Shown here in pieces: positions 18,119 to 28,768 of a DNA stretch of 64,000 nt. A program made the translations under genes and the position numbers. Position 1 is the stretch's first letter; the number at the start of each line of letters is the position of its first letter. The stretch comes from a virus (lineage: Duplodnaviria > Caudoviricetes), in the IMG/VR virus record IMGVR_UViG_3300027205_000173, positions 1 through 64,000 of that record; one strand, 5' to 3'. The notes beneath the pieces are model-generated. The model saw only the letters and a list, made by a program, of their open reading frames with translations, had not been told where the DNA came from and made no database searches.

Positions 18119-21100
18119 TTATGCCTTTGACTTAGCCAGTTTGACTGCGTCATCTCTCGTAAATGTATCACCAACGATGGTGATTGCCGTACGGTTATGA
18201 ATCAATTCTACGCCACTATCAGCCATAATTGTATCGTAACCCAATAATGGTGCATAAGAGTTGGAAGTTCTCTTTGTACTAATGAGTTCCAAGAATTCTA
18301 AAGCATCAAGCAACTCTTGTTTCTTGGAATCCGAAGAGCCACTTAACGATTCCAAAATCTTCGATGTCATCTGACCCATCTTGGTGGACATTGTTGATTC
18401 GTATATTGGCCCAAGTGAAGCACGCAAATGATCACGCAATTGAGTTACGTACTCTTCTGCGTTCATTTTTTCACGTTCCCCAGATGGAAGTCCTGCGTCA
18501 AAACTCTTGATTGATTTTGCTAAAGGAGCGTGCTCGGATTTGATTTTACCTAATTCCGCTTTACTGACGCGACGAGTAGATGGAGGGAGGAGGCCTACGG
18601 TTCCTGCAGGGAGACTTCCGTCCATCCAACTAAACCAACCGCCGCCGCCTTGAGTGGGTCTTGCCCAGTATTCGCCTTCACCCTGCGCTTCTCCACCCTG
18701 TCCTGTAATGAAGCGTACGGGGTCATCTAGCCAGTCATTAGCATAACGAACTCCATTCGCTCCGCCGCCGTGTCCTCGGACTACAGGCACCCATCCGGCT
18801 GCATGTAGCGTCTTGAACTCTTCCGCTGTAACGATATTTGGTGTTCCGTTATATCCGGCGCCATCCCAAAGAACAGCAAGTGCCCTATTTCTACTAACGC
18901 CACCCTTGGTTTTCTTCAATTTTGATTCTGTACGATAATTTTTCATCATCGTTGCAAGAGTTGGAGTTAATTTTTCGCCGAATACCAAGGAGCCTTGACT
19001 GTCGGTATGGGCTAGGCGTCCGTCTATGCGGTTGCCTGTTGACGAATTAGAGATACTGCCAATATCGCGTGTGCGATTTTTGCGCATTTCCTTGAGGCGC
19101 TTGCGGCGACGAATCTTGCGCTTGGCATCATCTACTGGGTTTGCTTCGCTAGTCGTGAATCCACCAGCATTAATTCCCTGACGACGTGCTTTACGCATTT
19201 CGCGACGAGCCTGACGGGCTGGGTCGGTATAAAGAATCTTGTCCGACATTCTCTTGTAATAAGCGTCAAGACGTTCCTTGAGTGGCTTCTTTTCGTTTTG
19301 TCCAACTTGTTCACGAATTGGCGTTCCGGTATCAATGGGATCACCCAATGGGCGTGGTGCCGTTGACGGTGTTTTCATTTCTTTACCGCTAGCAGAAATT
19401 CTAGTTTTCTTGCTGTCATCGCGTCGAGCATCGTCAAACAAGTAGCGTCGTGAAGTTGGATTTAGATGCTCCAGAAGGTCATGTACACCCCTGTTTGATC
19501 TCATGTTGTAGAGAGCCTGCAGGTCATTGAATTGCTTCTCTGCCTCAACTCTATTCTTTTCAGGATAATCGGGGTCATCAGCGAGCCTGGTAACGAATCT
19601 ATGTAATTCGTCCATCCATCCAGCGTTGCCGCCGTTCATCAAGTCCTTGTCCCAACCTTTTTTATCTGCTTCTTTGCTTGCTCTATCCCACCATCTTGGG
19701 AATCGTTGCTTGAATTCGTTAAGAAGCATCTTCTCGCGATTGACGGCACGGTCTGCGACAGTTGTTTTTTCTTCGTCCGATAGACGGCCCCATAGTTGTC
19801 CATCTGATGGATCAACGCGATCACGTCCTGGTACTGCGAAGCGTGGGTCCCTGAGGCCCTCAGAACGACGTGATGCCATTCCTTGAGGGCGAGCGGAGAT
19901 TTCCATTTCTGCTGCACGGATACGACCAGATGAGGGGGCCATGCGTGAACGCATACCGAAGTTTGCGCGTTCTGCTGTTAGGCCTTCACTTGGCATGTCG
20001 CCATGTTCACCGCCATCGACTACGCGATAACCTTCTTTTTTGATGTTGTTGATAATTCGGCCAGTGCCAGTTTCTCTTTCTAAATCTTCGATCCAGTAAG
20101 AGTCAACATCTTTGTATGTGTATGTACGTCCACCTGCGTAGGTGACAATAAGGTCTTTCTTGTCGTCGTCCCATGTGAGTGCTTCGATTGCCGAAGAACC
20201 GCTTACTGGAATTTGAGTTTTTTCGCGACGTCCAAGTCGGGAAAGTTTTCCTGTACCAATTTGCCCACCTGGACCTTGAATATCTTGATATTCAGGATCG
20301 AATGTGTGCACGCCGCCTTCGCGGAAATCGTGATTTTTCTTTATCTGATTTACTGCAGTGCCCGTCAAGACATAGTCGGGCCCAGATAGAGCATTATCTA
20401 AGTCGTCATTTGAAAAGTTTTTATATGTGTATGTTTTCCCATTTGCGTAAGTTACAACTAGTTCTTCTTTTTCTGCGTCATAACTTGCTTGTCGCAATGC
20501 CGATGAACCTGCTACTGAGACATTAAAATAGGGGCGCTGTTCCGTTGCCGTACTGGAGCGCATACCCATCTTGGCTTGTTTTTCATGATCTGCCTTCCAA
20601 TCAACATCTTTGTCATATGATGAAGATTTGGCAGGAATATGACCACCTTCTAGTCGATATCCACGCTGTTCTTTGCCTCGTAATAACTTGTGGAAATCTT
20701 CTTGAGTTTTACCTGAATAAACTTTTGTCTGAAGATTTCTACTGTCTGCCCTGCCCCAACTAACTGTGAGTGTTCCAGTTTCTTCGTCAAACTCTGCGAT
20801 ATATACTTTTCCTTCAGGGCCACCATTTTCACTTGGAGCACTCAGAATAATTTTATCTGACCGACTCACGTCTTCAGCACCATAATAAGGTCTCTCGGGA
20901 TAGATTACGTCTTGCAATCTTGCTGTTCTTGGCCATGTTTCGGCATCTTTGCCAAGGTGATTGGCTCTGATATTGGCATCACGCTTGAAGTCTCGGCCAC
21001 GTAGTTGCGTACTGGAACGCATACCACCTGAACGTGAACGGAAACCGGCGGCCCACTCAGCATCACTAATGCCGTAATACTTTTTTGGATCATTTCTTTC

Positions 21101-24100
21101 CATATATGAGTCCCATGCGAGTTCTGCACCATCGGGGTCATTGATGAAATCTTCTCTATTTTTACCCGGGTTGTCTACGAGCCAATCATTTAAATGCTCT
21201 TCAAACGTGGGGGTATCTATGTAGTTCTCGTAATCTTCTCTATCAAGATCGGGCGCATCTGCTTCCGCGTAGCCATCTGCACTGTCATCAGAGTACCTGG
21301 AACGCATACCACCTGAACGTCGACCCATACCATCCATGATGCGTCGACGCTCATCGGGGTCTAGATCATCGTCCCAGTCTCCCCTGTCAACTCCGTAATC
21401 GTCGTCACCATAATCCGAATCATCGTCATTACGATAGCCACGTGAACGCATGCCCTGTCGCTCGCCACTCGCCAATGCATCGTAGTCGTAATCATCATCA
21501 TCGAACTCTTCATCGTCATAATCATCATCAAAACCAAAAAGGTCTTTAATATCCCTGCGAATAAACTTAGCAATTAAATCAATAAAATCATTTAGTCTTT
21601 CGTAGTCATCATCATTTGTTGCCGATTCATTGGCTGCTTTGTCAAGATCAACAAGTAAATCTTGTAATCCATATTCTGCCTGACGAGCGTTCTTGTATCG
21701 CCCTTTAAGATTTTTTTCCCATTTGTCAAATTCATTCTCAATATCTTCTTCTGCTCCTTTAACATCGGAACGAAGTTTTATTGAACGTGAACGCATACCA
21801 GATTCGCGACGATTTTCAAAAGTATCTAATTGACCATTTAGGTAGTCATCGTAATGGTCTTCCATTGCAGCAACTAAATCGCCTTCGTATGAAGAAAGTA
21901 GGTCTCCCATTTTGTCTGGGTCGTCATCTACCGAATCTTGCCAATGCTTGATAACTGAACGGGCATTATCTTTAGCAAATCCCGCACTGCGGGTCTCTGG
22001 GTCTTGGCCTTTTTCATCGCGCTCAACCATGAGGTCTTCGATATCAGCAGCAAGGTCGTCGTTGACTTGAGTATTATAGAAATAGTGATTTAATGCGTCC
22101 ATTATCCAGTCAGAGTCAATTTCTCCATCATTCAAACGGTTGGGATCAAATCTACGGCTATCCATTGCTGCTTCAAATAATTTATAGTCTTGTGCCCGGG
22201 AGAGATCATTGCCACTTAGGCGTTCTGCTTCAAATAGCGGCTCCGTACGCGAACGCATGCCGCGACCATCACGATTCCCCCTGCGAGCCATCGCTCTTCT
22301 CATAGCACGCCTCACACCACCAGGTGCACGCATAACTGAACCATCAAAATTCATGTCATGCATCGTGCCAAGTCTGTCAAGTTCATCAGTGACAAACTCG
22401 TTACCATCGGCATCACGAACACTCTCAAGTAAACCAAGAAGATTCTTCGCATCACCATTCGGATCATCACCATTCTTAGCGATATTTCCGAACAAATCAA
22501 TAAGCGTATCTCTGACATCGTCATCCATTACAATGGAATCGAATGCTGCGCCAGCATTATCAATAGAATCCTTAAAGTCGTTTAGAGCGTTTTCTTCTTC
22601 TGCGCTAAATCCACCACGTCCACTTTCAATAATGTTAGAAAGTCTGTCATCTACAGCATTCAACTCTCTTGATGTCATGTGGATTTGGTTATCTGGGTTC
22701 TCTGAATTAGAACGCATTCCACCTGAACGCGAACGCATACCGCCAGGTCCATATTTTTTAACTTCATCTTCAAATTGTTTTTTTGCTTCTTCTTTTGCTT
22801 CTTTGCGTGCTTGTGATTCTCTTTGACGGTAGGCCGCATCCGCTTCTTTCCACTTACCAAAAGCAGCGTCATATTCTTCATCGGTCGGGCGGATGACATA
22901 GCCTCGGAAATCGCGTTTTGGTTCCTCGTCAAACCATCCCCACCCTTGATTGTATTCTGGCTTTTTTTCGTCGAATATTCGTTTAAGGGCGTCGTAAAAT
23001 CTACGATCTTGTACATCTGAAGATAAATCATCCCAATTTTCAGCCCAATAATTTTTCATCTGTTCATTTATTTGTTCAGCAATATATTCTTTTGCTAGTG
23101 CATAATCGTTCTCTGTAAGTACATCAGTCATGGCGTCATAATGTTCTGACAATAGGTCATCTTCGTCAGGTATGTAGTCGCGCTCTGAACCGCGTGAACC
23201 AGAGGCTTCAAATCCCCAATCACGTCCAGCGCCTATTTCATCTAAGTCGTCCTCTGTTGGTGCACCAAAAATTTCGTCTAATATTTCTTGTTTATTGTCG
23301 TGCACCTCATCCATGAAATCGTTAATTTCATCATCAGTGATGTCATCGGCGGTTACTTTTACACCAGATTTAAGGCGAGCCTCAAGACCACTCTCCTCAT
23401 CAAGATCATCTCCCGAACGTGAACGCATGCCGCCATAACGCATACCCAACTCACGACGTGAATTTGCAGCATCATCAATAATTTTTTCTGCACGTTTACG
23501 CTTCGCACCAGAAAGTGTTTCCACGCCGTTATACATGACGTTTCCAACTTCATCTGGTGTTAAGAATTCACCAAGTTTTTCTTCAACTTCTAAAGTTGGG
23601 TCGGCATAACCAGAAGCCATTCTAAAGTCACTGACAACCTGCCTTCTATCATCTGGCTTTAGTTCTTCAAGTAACTCGCCACTTGCTATTTTGCCGCCGA
23701 CTTCTTCCAACATATCCCTATCGGCTTGGTTGAGATTTTCCCCGTCAAGGACACGACCAACCTGCCTATAGTTATCCCAAGAGTCATCATCCCAGGAGGC
23801 ATACCCCCCTGTGGCCCTGTCCATGGCTCGCAAATTTGAATCAATGCGTTTTTGTTCGCGCATAGAACGTGAACGCATACCACCTGAACGTGAACGCATG
23901 CCGTAAGAAGCCATGTCGTAGTCTCTTTCCGCCCATTTCTTTGCAGCGGCTCTGGATTTAAAAATTCTGTCGTGTTCGTATTCTCGTGTATCCTGACCAC
24001 CATTGCGAAAGCCATCCGAGTATCTAGTAACTACAAACCCTTCTTTGTTGTTCCCCTGTATTTCGTAGAGGCCATCAATATCTGGCGCGTCCATCTCAAT

Positions 24101-25750
24101 GCCGTCTCTTGTTTTGGTCCAGTCGGAATTGGAACGCATGCCAGAACGTGAACGCATGCCGCGTTCTTCGTCAAACCCTCTATCATCGGAACCACGCAAA
24201 ATTGATTCAAATACGTTCAAATGTTTCAACGCGCCAACATCTGCTCCGCGTTCCTGCTCAAGAGTTTCGCCGATCTCTTTGTTTCTTGCTACCAAACGAT
24301 TGGCCCTATCGTTTTCGTCAACCAGTACTTCTACTTCCCAGTTGCCCTTATTCCACTTGTCCCCATTTTTTTGCCAGCCATTCCTACTGAGAGACGAGTC
24401 ATAATCATTACGCGAACGCATGCCGCCAGAGTTACGGCGCTGCATCTCACGAGCCTCAAGACGACGAGCCTCAAGACGACCACCCTTCAAACCATACTTC
24501 TTCGCAGCCTCATCAAGATTCAAACCAGCATAACGATCCTCAATCAAACGATCAACGATCTCCTGCTCCGACAACTTATTCAACTCACCAGGAGAAAGCG
24601 GAGTCGCATCACCAAGATCGGCACGCTGACCACTACGCATACCCCGACGCGAAGCAATCTCCCTACGACGCGAACCAATATTGCCAGCAACATTACGAGC
24701 AGCAACAGAAACACGCTCACGCCCAGAAGTCGTAGTAGCAGGAACGCCACGATCATTACTTACGGCCTGAAGAAGACTCGCATCCCCACCAACACTGGCA
24801 ACAATATTACGTAACTTACCTTCATCAAACTGAACACTCGTATTACCGGCACGACGCTGTTTCTCAATCTCTTCAGCATCACCCTCAACGATTCCAGACA
24901 ACTTGCGGGCAAGGTCCTTCGGAACCATGAAACGAGGGATAATTGGTCGCTCTAGGCCCGGCTTACCTTCAAAAACAATACCGTCGGTATCAGCGTCGGT
25001 CACACCAGTAACGTCAACAAAAGACATGCCAGCAGGGGCAGCACGAAGACCGCCACTCAAACGACTACCAATCTTCGGACCAATACCAGCAGCCTTGAAT
25101 TCAATACCGAAAGACTGAGCAAGCGCCTGATCCTTGCGGACAACAGCAAGCATCTTTACGGACTTCTTACGAATAAGACTCAAGCCGATAGCACGCTGCA
25201 AAGAACGACCGTACGAGTCAATAATTTCTGCTTGCTTTACTTCAGGGGTGTGAATTGGGTTGCGTGAACTGAATACGCCTTCATTTGAAACGAATCCCAG
25301 TCTCTCTGCACGTACTTGAGTAAGCAATGATGAAACCTTGGAGTCGGTACGGAATGCGCGCGCCTTAAAAGCAATGGCTTCATTACGCTTGTCGATGTCA
25401 AATGCACGTAATTCTGCGTCACGAACACCAGGAACGACCGAAGAAGAGTTTTTGATCAAAGAATCAGAGATACCTTGCTTCTTATTAATTGAAGGATTAC
25501 GGAGCGATACAGTATCTACGAGTGCTTGAACATAGTTGGGGTTGGTATTACGAAGGGCCGAGTAACCGCCTACTACGACGCCTATTGGGAGACCATTGTT
25601 TTCACTTTTGACATTGATGCCGTTGGCCCACTTGGACCATTCGAGACCTTTGGCGCTTACGCCGTAAAATTTCGAGAGACCGTTACTATCAACGATCACT
25701 CCAAAAATACTGTCATTAATAGAATCTTTTAATAGGGCGTAACGATTCAC
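18119..25750 (-). CDS. 2543-aa polyvalent polyprotein (~17 GMRS-type motifs): DxDxDG module, many acidic modules, WGR, 2x KTSC, C-terminal ART-like domain
   Basis: LTVSWGR (WGR); SSALRQASYD...YTYKN and SSAIEALTWD...YTYKD (KTSC); VVRG...GEGEYW...LGYDTI...HNRTAI. Confidence 0.85.
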   Translation of the reverse strand: MNRYALLKDSINDSIFGVIVDSNGLSKFYGVSAKGLEWSKWANGINVKSENNGLPIGVVVGGYSALRNTNPNYVQALVDTVSLRNPSINKKQGISDSLIKNSSSVVPGVRDAELRAFDIDKRNEAIAFKARAFRTDSKVSSLLTQVRAERLGFVSNEGVFSSRNPIHTPEVKQAEIIDSYGRSLQRAIGLSLIRKKSVKMLAVVRKDQALAQSFGIEFKAAGIGPKIGSRLSGGLRAAPAGMSFVDVTGVTDADTDGIVFEGKPGLERPIIPRFMVPKDLARKLSGIVEGDAEEIEKQRRAGNTSVQFDEGKLRNIVASVGGDASLLQAVSNDRGVPATTTSGRERVSVAARNVAGNIGSRRREIASRRGMRSGQRADLGDATPLSPGELNKLSEQEIVDRLIEDRYAGLNLDEAAKKYGLKGGRLEARRLEAREMQRRNSGGMRSRNDYDSSLSRNGWQKNGDKWNKGNWEVEVLVDENDRANRLVARNKEIGETLEQERGADVGALKHLNVFESILRGSDDRGFDEERGMRSRSGMRSNSDWTKTRDGIEMDAPDIDGLYEIQGNNKEGFVVTRYSDGFRNGGQDTREYEHDRIFKSRAAAKKWAERDYDMASYGMRSRSGGMRSRSMREQKRIDSNLRAMDRATGGYASWDDDSWDNYRQVGRVLDGENLNQADRDMLEEVGGKIASGELLEELKPDDRRQVVSDFRMASGYADPTLEVEEKLGEFLTPDEVGNVMYNGVETLSGAKRKRAEKIIDDAANSRRELGMRYGGMRSRSGDDLDEESGLEARLKSGVKVTADDITDDEINDFMDEVHDNKQEILDEIFGAPTEDDLDEIGAGRDWGFEASGSRGSERDYIPDEDDLLSEHYDAMTDVLTENDYALAKEYIAEQINEQMKNYWAENWDDLSSDVQDRRFYDALKRIFDEKKPEYNQGWGWFDEEPKRDFRGYVIRPTDEEYDAAFGKWKEADAAYRQRESQARKEAKEEAKKQFEDEVKKYGPGGMRSRSGGMRSNSENPDNQIHMTSRELNAVDDRLSNIIESGRGGFSAEEENALNDFKDSIDNAGAAFDSIVMDDDVRDTLIDLFGNIAKNGDDPNGDAKNLLGLLESVRDADGNEFVTDELDRLGTMHDMNFDGSVMRAPGGVRRAMRRAMARRGNRDGRGMRSRTEPLFEAERLSGNDLSRAQDYKLFEAAMDSRRFDPNRLNDGEIDSDWIMDALNHYFYNTQVNDDLAADIEDLMVERDEKGQDPETRSAGFAKDNARSVIKHWQDSVDDDPDKMGDLLSSYEGDLVAAMEDHYDDYLNGQLDTFENRRESGMRSRSIKLRSDVKGAEEDIENEFDKWEKNLKGRYKNARQAEYGLQDLLVDLDKAANESATNDDDYERLNDFIDLIAKFIRRDIKDLFGFDDDYDDEEFDDDDYDYDALASGERQGMRSRGYRNDDDSDYGDDDYGVDRGDWDDDLDPDERRRIMDGMGRRSGGMRSRYSDDSADGYAEADAPDLDREDYENYIDTPTFEEHLNDWLVDNPGKNREDFINDPDGAELAWDSYMERNDPKKYYGISDAEWAAGFRSRSGGMRSSTQLRGRDFKRDANIRANHLGKDAETWPRTARLQDVIYPERPYYGAEDVSRSDKIILSAPSENGGPEGKVYIAEFDEETGTLTVSWGRADSRNLQTKVYSGKTQEDFHKLLRGKEQRGYRLEGGHIPAKSSSYDKDVDWKADHEKQAKMGMRSSTATEQRPYFNVSVAGSSALRQASYDAEKEELVVTYANGKTYTYKNFSNDDLDNALSGPDYVLTGTAVNQIKKNHDFREGGVHTFDPEYQDIQGPGGQIGTGKLSRLGRREKTQIPVSGSSAIEALTWDDDKKDLIVTYAGGRTYTYKDVDSYWIEDLERETGTGRIINNIKKEGYRVVDGGEHGDMPSEGLTAERANFGMRSRMAPSSGRIRAAEMEISARPQGMASRRSEGLRDPRFAVPGRDRVDPSDGQLWGRLSDEEKTTVADRAVNREKMLLNEFKQRFPRWWDRASKEADKKGWDKDLMNGGNAGWMDELHRFVTRLADDPDYPEKNRVEAEKQFNDLQALYNMRSNRGVHDLLEHLNPTSRRYLFDDARRDDSKKTRISASGKEMKTPSTAPRPLGDPIDTGTPIREQVGQNEKKPLKERLDAYYKRMSDKILYTDPARQARREMRKARRQGINAGGFTTSEANPVDDAKRKIRRRKRLKEMRKNRTRDIGSISNSSTGNRIDGRLAHTDSQGSLVFGEKLTPTLATMMKNYRTESKLKKTKGGVSRNRALAVLWDGAGYNGTPNIVTAEEFKTLHAAGWVPVVRGHGGGANGVRYANDWLDDPVRFITGQGGEAQGEGEYWARPTQGGGGWFSWMDGSLPAGTVGLLPPSTRRVSKAELGKIKSEHAPLAKSIKSFDAGLPSGEREKMNAEEYVTQLRDHLRASLGPIYESTMSTKMGQMTSKILESLSGSSDSKKQELLDALEFLELISTKRTSNSYAPLLGYDTIMADSGVELIHNRTAITIVGDTFTRDDAVKLAKSKA

Positions 25751-27771
25751 TCAAATCCTCCAAGTATGTTCCGGATTGAATCTCCGGCTCTTTCTAGGGA
25801 GCCAATTCTTTGATTGACTATCCTTTGTATTATTCCTAAATGAATTTTTTCTGTTTCAGTCAATTTTCCATCAATGGTAAATCTGGCTTGATATTTCTCA
25901 AAATTGAACGCCCGCGCCCGTTCTAGCAACTTATTGATAATGGCAAGGAATTGTCTTTTTTGTAGACTCTTCAACTCTCTATAATACTCCTCATAGGAGC
26001 CATTCTCAGCAAGTGATGTCATTTGTGCAATGAGTTCTTCGGCGGTCTTGACTTTTTTCTGAACCTCTACGAAGTCGGGCAAGTTGATGGTTGGAACAAC
26101 AGCATTTTTATCTGACAATTCTATAATGTCAATACTTGAGGGCGACCTATTGGCGTCCCCTGTCAATAGGTCGGAAACTAAGAGTGCTGCAACATGAGAA
26201 ATATCGCCATCTTTAAATAATTTGGTCGTAGATGGGGTATTGCCTGGGTAAACGGTTCCGGATGTTTCTTTCAAATATGGACGACGTGGGCCCATTCCAT
26301 ATGGATAGATATCTGGAGATTCAATACCAAAATGTTGCTGAATGTCTGAAACGAGGGTGGCGTCAAGGTGTTCAAAGTCGTTAAGTGGCGTGATTGATAA
26401 ATATGATCTTCCATTGGGGCCATCAAAAATCTTTTGATTATTCCCAATATTGCGTGCTTTAAACAAACCTGCTTGAATAAGTGCCTGTTGAAGAATGTCG
26501 GGAGAAATTGAAGCAAGACTTCCACCCGCCGCAATATGAGCAACTGCCTCTTGAATGGACGTTATTTTCTCAGAAATCCCAGATTCAGAAGAGGTCTGTC
26601 TTGCTTCGGGCAACGGCTTGCTCTTGCGGTTGGCGAATACTTGACCCACCCAACTTTCAACCATTTTGCCATTTCTTGCAGCGATTCTCTTATGAGGATT
26701 ACTGACCCCAATGAAATTTTCGGAATATTGAATTCCGTCGCCAGTTTCTTCGGCAACAGACATCAGTCTTGCTGCGGCAATCTGACTATTATCAATACGG
26801 GATGCAGCATTGACTGTTCTGCCCAGTTTGCGACGTTCGCCAACGGTCAATGGTCTAACTTTTTCTAGACTAAGTGTCGATCCACCAGGTAAAACGTACA
26901 TAATTTTGGTTACTCCAGTATTTGAGAGTAACCCAAGTTCTTCGCCACCAAGGGAAGAAACATTATTTGCATTTAAAATATATGCCGCCCCTTCCATGTC
27001 ACGATTATCGGGAATAGTTCTCAAAACTTTTGGAGAAACTACTGGTTCCAAAATGAATCCGTCACGCCGTACCATTCTCTTGGCATCAAGATTCGGCTGA
27101 TTCATGTCCTTTACAATTTGCCTAATACTTTCAAGTTGCTTCTTGACATCACTGTCAGTAACTCGCGGAATCTGTGGAGCGCGAGAATCAATAACTGACC
27201 CGCCATACTCTCCCGGGGTTAACGCTGTACCTTCTATAGTGATGGGTTTGAGGTTTGCCTCCCGACGCAATGCACGCAGGGCGGATATGACTAGACCAAG
27301 TGGACCAGGGATATCGAATAGTTTTGCTCCACAGGTCGTAAATTGGTTATCCGTAAAACGACCGCCATACTGGTAGCCCTCAGGGCATCTGTGGACCTTG
27401 TCGCGACCAGTGCGTATGCGTGGTCGCATGGGGATGCTGGGGACACCGGGGGTCAATAAAGAGAATCCCGTAGAACGAACCGGACTTCTTAGAATCGACG
27501 AATCACCAGGCAGGAAGTATGAACCAACTGCCTGTGCGGTTTGTCCAATAGTGGAAGACGAGCCAATCGTGCCAACACGTTTGACCCGATAATTATCACC
27601 AAGGCCAAGCATTTTGACCATGGCTTTATAGTTGACAATTTCCTGTTTCGATGCTACTGAACCAATAAAAGCATTACCATCGGCATTTTTTGTTGTTAGA
27701 ACATGACGTTTAACAACAACCTCCTGGTTGGGGCAACATTTACTTGGTTTAATGATCTCAAAAGAGTTCAT
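25747..27771 (-). CDS. 674-aa protein with RCPxG..FTD motif and degenerate JAB-like and HipA/PI3K-like kinase domains
   Basis: RCPEGYQYGGRFTD; MEGAAYILNANNVSSLGGEEL (JAB-like spacing without the His residues); DLLTGDANRSPSSI (compare DxLxxNxDRHxxN). Confidence 0.55.
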   Translation of the reverse strand: MNSFEIIKPSKCCPNQEVVVKRHVLTTKNADGNAFIGSVASKQEIVNYKAMVKMLGLGDNYRVKRVGTIGSSSTIGQTAQAVGSYFLPGDSSILRSPVRSTGFSLLTPGVPSIPMRPRIRTGRDKVHRCPEGYQYGGRFTDNQFTTCGAKLFDIPGPLGLVISALRALRREANLKPITIEGTALTPGEYGGSVIDSRAPQIPRVTDSDVKKQLESIRQIVKDMNQPNLDAKRMVRRDGFILEPVVSPKVLRTIPDNRDMEGAAYILNANNVSSLGGEELGLLSNTGVTKIMYVLPGGSTLSLEKVRPLTVGERRKLGRTVNAASRIDNSQIAAARLMSVAEETGDGIQYSENFIGVSNPHKRIAARNGKMVESWVGQVFANRKSKPLPEARQTSSESGISEKITSIQEAVAHIAAGGSLASISPDILQQALIQAGLFKARNIGNNQKIFDGPNGRSYLSITPLNDFEHLDATLVSDIQQHFGIESPDIYPYGMGPRRPYLKETSGTVYPGNTPSTTKLFKDGDISHVAALLVSDLLTGDANRSPSSIDIIELSDKNAVVPTINLPDFVEVQKKVKTAEELIAQMTSLAENGSYEEYYRELKSLQKRQFLAIINKLLERARAFNFEKYQARFTIDGKLTETEKIHLGIIQRIVNQRIGSLERAGDSIRNILGGFE

Positions 27772-28415
27772 CAGTCACATCCACAATCCTCTACGGGAAG
27801 AAGTGACTTTAGGGTAAAGCCGGCTTCGTTCTCACCTTCGAATTCCCAGTTATCGTTATTGCGCAAATACTCAGCAAATTTCGATTCCATTTCACAAAAA
27901 TCTGACAGTACCTGAAATGCGTGAGACAGATCGTCTGGTGTAACTACGTGGTTTTCGTTACCGGCATAGATATTTAGACCTTTGGTGTACCAATCAGTAT
28001 CAAAGAAAACTTCGTTTTGAAGTGATTTTGTGCCCGCTTTGGGGATACGGGATAGACGGTTATTAAATTGCTCATTAGACCACAATGAGCCGTTTACGCC
28101 TTTCTTGAGTTTACGGCGACAGTTCTTCATGGTGGGGTGATGGCAGCCTTCATTTGGCCACAAGCCCGTGGTTTCATGATGTAGCCAAGCACAAATATTG
28201 TTTAGTGGGAATAATTCTGGATGGTCCGCCAAAATGACCTTGCAACGTCTAAACCCGCCTGGCTTGCGCATAATTGGACGCCAGTAACGGAGAAGTCGTT
28301 CGAGATTTCCTCTTCGTGGGCCGTATCCCTTTAGTACGTCACCAGTGAATTTTTCTTGAGGGATACCGACCTCAGGTATCGCTGCTTTGTAAGAGTAGCG
28401 TCCAGTTTCCATCAT
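27771..28415 (-). CDS. Head-operon protein with a Cys/His-containing domain
   Basis: LLRYW...PGGFRRC...CAWLHHETTGLWP resembles a domain I recall from actinophage head/protease fusion proteins; several K|A/S/G sites. Confidence 0.6.
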   Translation of the reverse strand: MMETGRYSYKAAIPEVGIPQEKFTGDVLKGYGPRRGNLERLLRYWRPIMRKPGGFRRCKVILADHPELFPLNNICAWLHHETTGLWPNEGCHHPTMKNCRRKLKKGVNGSLWSNEQFNNRLSRIPKAGTKSLQNEVFFDTDWYTKGLNIYAGNENHVVTPDDLSHAFQVLSDFCEMESKFAEYLRNNDNWEFEGENEAGFTLKSLLPVEDCGCD

Positions 28416-28768
28416 AACTCCGATATGTATTTTTTGAGGAAATCATCAGATTTCGTTAACTCTAATAAGTCTAGCCTATCTTCGGGAGGATAATTAATTA
28501 GTCCGCTTGTGATGAGTTCAAAATATGGCTTATCGTCTTCTCGTACCCAGTTCTTTTTTCCTGGGAGTGACATGATTGCAGCGATTTCTTGTGCTTTGTT
28601 TTTGCGGCTGGTTTCGTGGGGGTCGACTCCTGTTTGGAGTTTCCTGGCCCTACTGATGTGCTCGTCAATAGATAAATCTGAATTATTTACCGAGACTAAA
28701 GTCATTCCCCAAAGTTGTTTGATTTTTTGGTTCCACTCTTCTTGACTAATCATATTATTTTGCCTCAC
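28412..28768 (-). CDS. Hypothetical protein
   Basis: 118-aa ORF overlapping both neighbours in the operon. Confidence 0.6.
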   Translation of the reverse strand: MRQNNMISQEEWNQKIKQLWGMTLVSVNNSDLSIDEHISRARKLQTGVDPHETSRKNKAQEIAAIMSLPGKKNWVREDDKPYFELITSGLINYPPEDRLDLLELTKSDDFLKKYISEL

